From NCBI RefSeq assembly GCF_048593235.1, contig NC_133619.1, positions 638,893,078-638,952,557 of the forward strand: DNA of 59,480 bases. The letters are read 5' to 3'. The notes beneath the pieces are model-generated. The model was not told the origin of the DNA. It ran no database searches and worked only from the letters and a program-made list of their open reading frames with translations. Shown here piece by piece: positions 26,266 through 36,900 of this stretch (the first letter of the stretch is position 1; every line of letters begins with the position of its first letter). The DNA comes from Sminthopsis crassicaudata (taxonomy: Eukaryota). The translations under genes and the position numbers were made by a program.

Positions 26266-27000
26266 CTTTCTATTTGTATCTGCATCATTGGGCACCGTAA
26301 GCCTTTAGTAAATGTTCTATTCATTCATGATGTGGACTCCATGCTGTCCTGGTTTGCCTTTCTCTGGACTCTTTCCAGTCGTTTTTCGGTGTGTCCGGAA
26401 CTGAAACTGGTGTCCCAGTGAGTCTAGTGAGGACAGAGGAGAATGAGCTGGATGCTCATTGCTAACCCCTCAGTGGTGCCCATCAGTGTGGAGCAGGTCC
26501 AGACCTGCATGGTGCCTCCTTATTTCTCCTTGGGGCCAAACTTGGTCCTACTAATTACACAATGTTCAGCTTAGTCACACGGGTCTTTCTGTTTACATTG
26601 CTGCCTTCATGTGTGTTGTTTTCCTGGTTTTGTTCATGTCAGGTGGCACTGGGCCTGCACTCATGAAGACTTGAGTTCAGATCCCGCCTCACTCAGTGGT
26701 GGGACCCTGGGCAAATCATTTACTCTGTTTGCTTCAGTTTCCTCAAAAGTAAAATGGGGATAAAAGAGCAACTACTTCAAAGGACTATTGTAAGGTCCAA
26801 AGGAGATAATTTGTAAAAGTACCTGGCACAGTGCTTGGGGCATGGCAGAAGCCATATAGATCTTTATTCCCTTCCCCTAGCCACTCCTGGGTTAGAGCCA
26901 CCAGAACTGAGTTTATTTCATTTAATATATTTTAAAAATTATGTTTTGTGTAAGACCCTGTACTAAGAGGAAACAAAGCTTGACTGTTGGCTGTGAGCAG

Positions 27001-27528
27001 GCCTGAGATGAGCTCACAGATGGCTATGAAACAAGTTAGAAGCACAGGAGAAAAAAGTTGAGAAAGGGGGGAGCGTCTTGGGGAGTGGGGGTGGGGTGAG
27101 AAGACCCTCCATGAAGACAGGCATCCGAGAGCTTGGAGCGGAGGGAAAGATTGCAAAAGGGGAAATCACTTCAGGGAGTCCATATAGGTCTACAGATGGA
27201 AGCACGGGTGGGCAACAGGATGCAGAGAAGTTCTCATGGTCCTGCAAGAGTAACAGCCAGTTGAGCATAAAGCACAAAATGAACTCAGGCTGGCAATGAA
27301 TGCTGAGGACCCCCCCCTAAAAAAAAAGGCTTTGAAAACTCCTTTGGAACAAGGGAGGGTCAAAAAAGAATACAGGGCTGAGGTTCTGGGGTGGAGGGGA
27401 TGAAGGCCAGGAGTAACTTACCTTTTGGTTTTGCCTTCTGTGACATAGAGAAGGATCTTGGAGAGATTTCCAAGCCACCTAATACAGCCTAGTAGTTATG
27501 GGAAAAACACTTGGCAAACCTCTGTGCT
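27001..27528 (-). repeat. Inverted duplication, arm 1
   Basis: Reverse complement aligns with 30595-31035; about 18 mismatches over a ~207-bp core by hand count. Confidence 0.9.
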
Positions 27529-27758
27529 CCATTCAGATGTGAGTTCTAAAGGATAGAATCAAAAATGGTGAATAATTGGGCCAATGAATAGGGAGATATT
27601 AAAGCGTAGCTCATGACCCTTTCAGGTCACCAGGCTCTGATGAAGTCTGCGGCCTAAGAAATTGAAAGTACTGGAGGATATTACTAGTGAGCCACCTTTG
27701 TGGTTCTTGAAAAAATGGGGAGAAGTAGAAGAGGAGAAGATTCAATGGACTGAGTTTT

Positions 27759-29067
27759 ATTTTTATTTTTTAATTATAGCTTTTTATTTACAAGATATAT
27801 GCATGGGTAGTTTTTCATCATTGACAATTGCAAAACCTTTTGTTCCAATTTTTCCCCTCCCCCTGATGGCAGGTTGACCAATACATGTTAAATATGTTAA
27901 AGCATAAGTTAAATACAACATATGTATACATGTCCATACAATTATTTTGCTGTACAAAAAGAATCGGACTTGAAATAGTGTACATTTAGCCTGTGAAGGA
28001 AATCAAAAATGCAGGCGGACAAAAATAGGGGTATTGGGAATTCTATGTAGTGGTTCATAGTCGTCTCCCAGAGTTCTTTCTCTGGGTGTAGCTGGTTCAG
28101 TTCATTACTGCTCTATTGGAACTGATTTGGTTCATCTCATTGTTGAAGAGGGCCGTGTCCATCAGAATAGATCATCATACAGTATTGTTGTTGAAGTAGA
28201 GAATGCTCTCCTGGTCCAGCTCATTTCACTCAGCATCAGTTTCATGGAAAAAAGGTTCCTTACTCCTGATCTGGCCCATCAGGGGGTTTTAGAAAGATAA
28301 GGAAACTGAATATGATTGGCATGTGATTTAATGAGTGAACTTTGCTTTGCCTTTCTGAAATCACCCTGCTCATCATTTCTTACAGAGCAATAATGTTCCA
28401 TAACATTCATATACCATAATTTACCCAACCATTCTCCAATTGATGGGCATCCACTCAGTTTCTAGTTTCTGGCCACTACAAAGAGGGCTGCCACAAATAT
28501 TCTTGCACATACAGGTCCCTTTCCCTTCTTCAAGATCTCTTTGGGATATAAAGTCAGTAGCAACACTACTAGATCAAAGGGTATGCACAGTTTGATAACT
28601 TTTTGAGCATAGTTCCAAATTGCTCTCCAGAATGGCTGGATGTACTCACAATTCCACCAACAATGTATCAGTGTCCCTGTTTTCCCACATCTCCTCCAAT
28701 ATTCTGCATCACTTGTCCCTGTCATTCTAGCCAATCTGACAGGTGTGTAATGGTATCTCAGAGTTGTCTTAATTGCATTTCTCTGATTAATAATGACCTT
28801 AGAGCATTTTTTTTCATATGGCTAAGAAATAGTTTCAGTTTTTTCATCTGAGAATTGTCTGTTCATATCCTTTGACCATTTATCAATTGGAGAATGGCTT
28901 GATTATAGAGTCAATTCTCCGTATATTTTGGAAATGAGGCCTTTATCAAGAACCTTGGACTGTAAAAATGTTTTCCCAGTTTATTGCTTCCCTTCTAATC
29001 TTGTCTACAGTAGTTTTGTTTGTACAAAAACTTTTCAATTTGATATAATCAAAATTTTCTATTTTGT
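27759..29067 (-). mobile_element. 5'-truncated L1 with ORF2 C-terminus and 14-bp TSD
   Basis: ORFs 28462-28734 and 28946-29194 give L1 ORF2 C-terminal peptides (CWRxCGKTGTLIHCWW-like, FDYIKLKSFCTNK); TSD ATGGACT(G/A)AGTTTT at 27745-27758 and 29068-29081; TTTT/AA endonuclease site. Confidence 0.9.
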
Positions 29068-29259
29068 ATGGACTAAGTTTTAAAGAAAAAGCAGAAGAGT
29101 TTCCAAATCGAGGGCCAAAGAGTTTGGCTTTTAATTTCTCACAGCATTCTAGGAATGGCTGGTGAACATTTAGAAAGGGGAGCAGTGATACCAAAGACTG
29201 GCTTATGGCACAATAGCTTTGGTTTCCTTTTTGATAATGTCACAAGACTAGTAGATGAG

Positions 29260-29888
29260 TGATACAGACCCCTAATAAGCAATCTGGTGACAGTCGCCCA
29301 CGTTCTGACTCCAAGCAGCAAAACCCAGCTGTGACAGCTGACCGACCTATGCTCACCATCTATATAAATGGCATGCCATTAGAAAGACAGGTGGACACAG
29401 GTGCAGATCGCACAGTCATTAGAGGTGCCAACTGGCCCAGTCACTGGCCAAAGACTAAGGCAGACACCTACATGTTTGGGGTAGGAGGATCAATAGCAGC
29501 TGAAGTTAATGCTACCCCTTTAAAATGGATATTTGAAGGTGAAACAGGAATTTTTACTCCTTTTATAGTTGAAGAAAATCCCCATCAATCTGTGGGGAAG
29601 AGACATTTTACAACAATTAGGGTTAAAAATGAAAACTTTGGTTTTTTAGGCAGGGCTGCTGTTGAAGGCCTGCCAACACTTTCACCTGTTCCTATCCAAT
29701 GGAAAACTGATACACCAGTGTGGATAGAACAGTGGCCCTTAGGTAGCGATAAAATTCAGGCCTTATTAGACATAGTACAGGAACAACTTGACCAAGGACA
29801 CTTCCAACCTTCTCTAAGTCCTTGGAATTCCCCAGTATTTGTTGTAAAAAAGAAATCTGGAAAATGGAGGATGTTGATTGATTTAAGA
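29260..29888 (+). mobile_element. Class II (betaretrovirus-like) ERV internal fragment: protease plus RT N-terminus, no LTRs
   Basis: VDTGAD protease motif, IPINLWGRDIL in a shifted frame, then PVWIEQWPL and PWNSPVFVVKKKSGKWRMLIDLR; flanked by GATGAG direct repeats. Confidence 0.92.
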
Positions 29889-30594
29889 GATGAGGGGAAT
29901 GTTGTAACTATATTTAACTTTATGTTAGCAGAGCCTTTGGCACAGTCGCTAATGCTACCCTTATGGAGGAAATGGACAAGGGCACTGGAAGGTAGAACAG
30001 TGAAGTGGAACCCCCTGTCTGAATGATCCGAGTGGATTGATGTGAACCTGAAAGGTTGTTTCTTGTAGAAGAGCTCCCAGATCTGTGCTTAGTCTCCTGC
30101 CATTTATCATTTTAAAAATGATGCCTTAGATAAAGGCTTAGTGGCTTACTTTACTAAGTCTGCAGATATCCCATGCCAGATGGCAAAGTCCAAAACAGTG
30201 TTGACAGGCTCAAATTTTGGGCTGAATGGAGTAAGATGGGATTAATAGGAATTAATATGACCTTAAAATTAAGCCAGAAAGGTGATGCAACAGTCCAAAA
30301 GGCTGACTTTGCTCTGTTAATAGAGGAATGAAGTCTAGAATGAGGATATTACTAGTCCCACCATACTCTACCCTGATTAGCCTTTGTGATCTGCAGTATT
30401 GCCTTCTGGATGGAGCGCCATGTTTTAGGGAAGACATGGATAAGTTAGGAAATGTCCACGAGAGGATGACTTGAATAGCGAAGAGCCTCAAGTCCTGCCT
30501 TGTCTTAGAGTTTAGCCTGTAGAAGGGAAGGCTTAGGGCCTAAGAGCTCTCACCATTTAACTTGTTGGAATCAGAAGGATTTATATTTGATAAA

Positions 30595-31035
30595 GGCACA
30601 GAAGTTTGCAAAGTGTTTTCCTATACCCACAAGATCCTTCTCTTTGTCGCACAAGACAGAACCAAAAGGCGAGTGGTTCTGACTTCTGGCCCTGTTCCCC
30701 TTTCTCGATTCTCCCTTGTTCCAAAGGAGTTTTCAAAGCCTTTTTTTTTGTCTTCAACATTCATTGCCAGCCTGAGTTCATTCTGTGCTTTATGCTCAGC
30801 TGGCTGTTACTCTCTCAGGATTGTGAAAACTTCTCTGCATCCCGTTGCCCACCCGTGCTTCCATCTGCAGACTTATATGGACTCTCTGAAGTGATTTCCC
30901 CTTTTGCAATCTTTCCCTCCGTTCTAAGCCCTCGGATGCCTGCCTTCATAGAGGGTCTTCTCATTTCTCTATCCCCCCATCCCCCAAGATGCTCTCCCCT
31001 TTCTCCACTTCAGCTGTCTGTGACCTCATCTCAGG
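30595..31035 (+). repeat. Inverted duplication, arm 2 (interrupts the L3 relic)
   Basis: Matches the reverse complement of 27001-27528. Confidence 0.9.
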
Positions 31036-32510
31036 GCTCTTCCAACCCTGAGAGCATCCTGAAGGCAAATTTTATCTCTAAGGCAGGGATTTACACATAG
31101 CAGGGGGATAACAATTTTTTTTAACCAAATTAAATGAAATAAAGCCAATTCTGGTGGCTCTGATTCAGGAATGGTTAGGGGGAAAGACTGGTGGAAAGTT
31201 TAGATTTGTTTTGCTTGGTCGTGTAGAGTGAGGAAAGTGAATGAAAATGAAGCAGATTTAGACTTGATACAAGGATTAGTTTCCTAACAATTAGACGAAT
31301 TCTGAAAGTGGTCTGCACCCTCCCTAGAAGTCTTCAAGGAGAGGTTGGATACCTACTTGCTGGGGATACCTACTTGTTGCAGAGGAGACTTGGGGTCAGC
31401 CATTGGTGGTTGGCCTAGGTTGCCCCCAGGGGCCCTCCTGGGACTCTGATGGCCGGGCAGCACAGTATAGGAGGGGCACTGAAGCCCACCAGACTCCCGT
31501 AGGAAATTAAACCTTCATCTTCCAAAATGTACTTTGAAAGGCTAAGTAGAGCAACCAAGGAGAACTCTATTCAACTACGGGACGGTTGATGTTCCTTCCC
31601 CCTGGGTGGAGGGGAAGGGTAGGGGAACAGTTCTCTTCAGATTGACGTAGACCTCAAGCCTCTGGTCTCTCCTTTTTGAGGATCTTCTTTGTCAGTAAAT
31701 TCTCCATTTTAGGGAACATCTTCACTTTCTTCTCTCCTCCATTCCCCTCTCAACCTTCTAATTCTATGAAATTCTCAGCCATATAATTCTCAAGAGTGAG
31801 TCCTCTGTAGAAGAAAATCCAACTCATGTGCTAGAAGTCTAGTTCTTATTATTTTAATGTTTCAAGGGTGCCAAGGGAGGACTGTAACACTGTTTTCTGT
31901 CACATCTTAAGTCATCCCTTGTCCCCTGAGCTGATTGTCTTTCCTTTGCTATAAGGGCTTCCTGAATTTTTGATCAGTAAGGTCAGAGATCTTCAGAGGT
32001 CAGTGTTCTGTGACTCAGCTATGTAATATCATCAAAAGAATATTAATGAAGAAGATAGGTGAGGGAGAGCATCAAAGAATTGCCGCAGTTTCCCAAATTT
32101 AACACAGTCTTACATTTATATTTATATTGTCATTGTCTTTTTGAATGTATTTCCTGTTCTTACTTTAGAAAATGGTTGAGTGGGACATTTTTCTCTATTA
32201 ATGAAGACTCTGAATATGCCAGCTTCTCTTCTGTCCTTAGAATCCTAACATTTCTTCCAGGTACATCTGGGGGGCCACCTCCTCTGGGGAGGAGCCCCTC
32301 TTGTCAAACCACCTTGTACTTGCCCATCTATTTACTTGTGTTCCCTAGGGGAGTGGACAGGTTTTGAAGGCAGGTACTGTCTGCCATTTTTGTTTCAGTC
32401 TTCCCAAAGTGCCTTATGCTAGTGGGTGCATCATAAATGCTTGTTGCGTGAAATGCACGGTATGTGTCTGGAGCCTTTATGGATATTTATTTTTCTCCTG
32501 TCATCATTGG

Positions 32511-32700
32511 TGGAAAAAAGATTCCTCACTCCTTATTTGGCCAATCAGGTGGTTTTTAAAAGATAAGGAAACTGAATATGATAGGCATGTGATTTAATGA
32601 GTGAATTTATATAAAATGCTTTGCTTCACAAAGCTCCCTGTGACAATTTGCCATTTATTCATTTGCCAAATGAGAGAAGAGGACTTTGTGCCCTGAAAGT
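32511..32700 (+). promoter_or_regulatory. Candidate ZNF541 proximal promoter and non-coding exon 1
   Basis: TTGGCCAATCAG (CCAAT 32541-32545), TATAAAA 32610-32616, donor-like AAA|GTGAGG at 32699; about 0.9 kb upstream of the acceptor at 33580. Confidence 0.35.
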
Positions 32701-33689
32701 GAGGAGATGGTCTTGTTTTTCCTTATTTTGGGAAAGGAAGGAAGCTAGTGTGACAGATATCTAGTTATGTCACCTTAAGTAGAAACTCTGATCTAGTCTG
32801 AAGGCCTGGATTTAAGTCCTAGCCCTATCATTAACTCTTTTTGGGACCTTGGGCATAGACGGGGCCCCTTCTCTATAGAACGAGGGGAGACTGAACTAGA
32901 CAATGTATCTCCAAGGCCTCTTCCATCTCTGCTGTTTTGTGAGACTGTATGCAATGGGCTGGACCTCTTCATCCATTCATTCATTCACAAAAGAGATTCT
33001 GTAGAGGTACAAAGATAAATAGGACCCAGACTTTATTTTCTAGGGTCATCTGATATAATCTACTGGAGGAAAGGATATATATGAATAACTGGGAAACCAA
33101 GAAGATAATAGAGGGAATAAGCATTTATTAAGTACCTGTTATGTGCCAGGCACTATTTTAACAGTTTCATAAATAAGAAAGGTCCAGACAAAATACTGTG
33201 AGACATTTGGGGAAGGAAGATTGCCTTCACATTTCCTCTTCCTTGAATGAGGGACTGAAGTGAAGGAAAGAAGGGATTTGAATAAGTGGAGATGCTGGCC
33301 GTGAGTCAACTGTTCAGAGGAGACAGGGGCAGGTCGGGGTGGGAATAGTTACTGAGTAATTTAATTTAACTAGAATGTAAAGTGTCTATGGGAGGGCTGC
33401 TGAGAAGAGGATCAAGCTTCAAGAGTGTGAAGAGGAAGCAATGACAGGACTTCCTAATGGATGGGATTTGTGGGATCAAGGAGAACAAGGTCAAAAAATG
33501 ACTCCAACGTGCATGATAAGAAGCTGGTTGATGCCTTTTGGGGTTTCTTATAGTTTTGTCTGCTCCATGTTTATCCTTAGGATTTGGATTGGACCTCAAG
33601 GCTATTTTCTGCCCAGTTTCAAATCTCGCCTTGGCAGCTTGTTGGAAATCAGAGAGTGGCTTTTGTCTAAGACGTGGCAGTGGAGCACC

Positions 33690-33996
33690 ATGGACCAGTA
33701 CAGCCTTGGGGATGATGGTGCCCTTCAGTCAGAGATGCATCTTCCTGGATTTTCAGAGAGCCAGGGGCTGAACTGCAGTGACACCCTCAATCGGGATCTG
33801 TGCCCCAACACAAGAGACCTGCTCTATGCTGGCCTGAGCAGCTTAGACCTGGACCCGGGCCTCCCAACACCAGATATGGCCAGTGAGGCTCTGGAGGACA
33901 ACCTTGATGCCCTCTCTTTGTATTCAGGGAAGGAGGGAGACTCGGCAAAGCTGTTGGAGGAATATGCTGACTCAGACTCACAGCCTTCCTTGCAGG
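33690..33996 (+). CDS. ZNF541: ZNF541 coding exon 1 (acceptor at 33580; 5'UTR 33581-33689)
   Basis: [37 protein letters not shown]...; Kozak gcaccATGg; donor G|GTGAGC. Confidence 0.95.
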
Positions 33997-36900
33997 GTGA
34001 GCCTGAGAGAGATCGAGGGGGAACTCACTGGTCTTGTGGGAATGCCATGGCAGGGGTTGGGGTGGGATCCCCAGGTATCTCTGGGGGCTGAAAAATTCTC
34101 CCCATTCCATCAGAGACTAAAAACTCCCTTTTATGCAGATAGTCTATTATTCAAGCCAACGTCCTTCTCTTTTGCACGAGAGTTGAAAGGGAATAACTGA
34201 GCACATTTTAAAATTATGTAGTTTAAATAATAATCTGGTTCACCTGCCAGCTGCCGCCAAAGAATAAATCCATCATTTGATTGAAATCACTTAATGATTT
34301 CTTTGGAAATTGGGTTGAAAATCTGAAAGCATCAGACTTTTAAAAAAGTACTTGATTTATTTTTCTCAGAAGAGGTTGCTTTGAAATACCTCTATTTGGG
34401 GGAAAAAATTTTATCAGTGCTAATTGCCGCTGTTGTCTCCTAAGAAGTTCAGATGCTTTGCTTGAATAAAGTTCACAGAACTCATTCATTGCCTATCATG
34501 ACATAGTTAGAGGATCCCAAATCTAGAACTAGAAGGATCCTCAGAAAATCATCTAATAGAATCCATTTTATAGATGAGGAAACTGAGGCCTTTGTAAAGA
34601 ACACGATTTGCCTACTGATTTATTTCACTGTCATTAATGAGGCCTTTAAAAAAAGAGAGAAATGTCTTTATCTTAGGAAAATTGAAGGAAACGAGGCTCC
34701 AAGAGGAAGAGACAGCATTTGGGGGACTCTGCCTCTCTTTCTCTAGCTGGTTTTCCATAGACAGAAACACTCTCCAGAAATGTGCCTAAACTGAGCCAAG
34801 GCTGTGATCACCTTAAGATGGAGGCTTCAACATAATTAGAGGGAGGGTGGGACAGGAGAGAGATGGAGACAGGGAGGGAGGAAGAGAGGATGGGTGGCGA
34901 GCGTGTCTTTGGGCAGCGGGCAGTCGTCGGGCACCTCAGATCCACAGGTGCAGTTGGTCACTCTGCTGTGTAAGCAGGCGGCAGTGCTTGCCCTCCCAGG
35001 CTGGCCTGGCCTCCGCTCCCTCACACTGGGTCAAGGAGCTGGAAAAGCTGCAGCCCAAGAGTCCGCACCCTGATCAGAGAAAGGCCTACAGGCCGTGGCC
35101 TTTGAGCGTCTCGTTCTGCAGATGGGGAAACGGAGGCGCCCTGAGCCAGAGCGGTAGAAACACGGGGAGCCCCCTTCCAAGGGCAGAGTTCTAACTCCCC
35201 TCCCTGGGATCCCCCTGAATGTAACTTGCTCCTCTCTCTCCATTCAGATCTGGGGCTGGGCGTTCTGAAGGCTTCTAAAGAAGCAGATGAAGGAGGCAGG
35301 ACCAGCTCGGGCAGTGCCAGGAAAGGAAAACGGCAGCACAGCTCCCCCCAGAACCCGTTCCTGGATTGCAGCCTCTGTGGAAAGGTGTTCAGCAGCGCCA
35401 GCTCCCTTAGCAAACACTACTTGACGCACAGCCAGGAGAGGAAACACGTCTGCAAAATCTGCAGCAAGGCCTTTAAGCGTCAGGACCACCTGTATGTGGG
35501 AGTCTGGCGAGGCCCTGTGCCCTGGGGAGGGAGGCCGGGCGGCGGGGGAGGGCGGCGTCTTCTAGGGTTTGCCCTTTTGCTCCCCCTCAGGAGACAGTTT
35601 GATGCTGTTCAAGGCCATGTGAGGCCATGGGTGGCCCTTGCTCAGGCTCCTCTGGTGGGCCTGGAGGGTCCAAGAGCAGAAAGCCTTTGAAAGCAGCCTC
35701 TCCCGCTTCATCTGGCTCCTGAGGCCCAGCAGCTCATTTCGGTGCACGTAGCAAGTGATTCTTATGGCGAGCCCCCCACTGAGGGCGGTGCCAACAGTCA
35801 CTCGGCGAGTTAGGCGAGAGAGCCCGCTGAGGGGGCAAGAGCACCAATGGCCATGACAAGAGGGAGGAAGAGAGGGCTAGACAGGATGCTGTGAAAAATT
35901 GGGAGGGGAGGCGGGAATGGCCGGGGAACCAAAAACGCCAGCTGTGGGGGCCTGAAGGGAGAGCGCCAGGACCGAGGAAGCCCCGAGCCATTGGGCGGCT
36001 CCCATGTTGGACCTGGGAAGAGACTGGCGAGTCCTGCTGTCGCACCTCCCCAGTGAATCAGAAAAAGGGGTTCTTCCTACTGTACCTGATTAATCAGTTT
36101 TCCAAAGGGAATCTTTTCCATGGATCTCAGAATCTCAGAAATGTTCCTTTTGTTCTTGGTGGATGGGGTAGTGCCCTGTCTTCCCAGTCCAATGAAGAAG
36201 GGGCTGAGACCTTAGTGCAGTCAGAGCTGGGGCTAGTGGCTGAGGGGGGCTTCATCCTGATGCTCTTGTGGCACTGGAGGGCTTCGATCTCTCCCCGGGG
36301 TCCCATGGCCACAGATTGATTGTGCTCATCAGGGCCCAACTTCTCGTCCACACGTGATGTGTTGGGGAGGAATTGTGTCCTCCCAGGGGAACCGTTTGGA
36401 AGACTCCTCAGGAAAGAGGCACCTACAATTATGTGCTGAGATAGCTAGATTGCCCAGGGCGGGCTCAGACGTGGCTAGCGATGGAGATGTTCAAGATGGG
36501 GGAGATCCGGCCCTTTCTCTAGGGGGACGACATGAATTTTGTCCCAGTCATCTCACCGCTTGTCCCTTTTGTGTTCTGGCTCCAGGACTGGACACATGCT
36601 GACCCATCAGAAAACCAAACCTTTTGTGTGCATTGAGCAGGGCTGCAGCAAGAGCTACTGTGATTATCGTTCCCTGCGCCGACACTATGAGGTGCAGCAT
36701 GGCCTGTGTATCCTGAAGGAGGCCCCTCCAGAAGAGGAAGCCTGTGGGGACTCCCCCCATGCCCACGAGGCCGCCGGCCAGGCCGGGCCCAGCAGCCTCC
36801 GAACCCTGGTGCCCTCCGAGGCCCGCTCCCCCAGCTCCCTCCTGCCCAACCGAGATCTCCTGCGGTGCATTGTGAGCAGCATTGTCCACCAGAAGCTCCC

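Larger units (their letters stand above)
27640..31400 (+). mobile_element. Fragmented L3/CR1 LINE relic (about 27640-27744, 29082-29259, 29889-30540, 31170-31400)
   Basis: Translated remnants FDNVTRLVDE|DEGNVV and FSRAFGTV resemble CR1 RT (FYDxVTxLVDEGKAVD, FSKAFDTV); colinear 3' L3 motifs at 30400-30540 and 31200-31400. Confidence 0.75.

Noticed and set aside
28462-29194. Minus-strand ORFs as host genes
   Set aside because: They are fragments of L1 ORF2 from a truncated element
29259-30026. 255-aa ORF as a domesticated retroviral gene
   Set aside because: It is a chance chimera: the protease GRD end is out of frame, RT is cut after DLR, and the tail is degraded L3 sequence
30797-31100. Protein-coding role for the shared ORF in the inverted arms
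   Set aside because: Differences between the arms are mostly non-synonymous and the C-termini diverge by indels; kept only as a possible non-coding unit
33441-33689. 83-aa in-frame N-terminal extension of ZNF541
   Set aside because: It crosses a good acceptor (ttatccttAG at 33580), and homology to known ZNF541 starts at the Kozak ATG 33690
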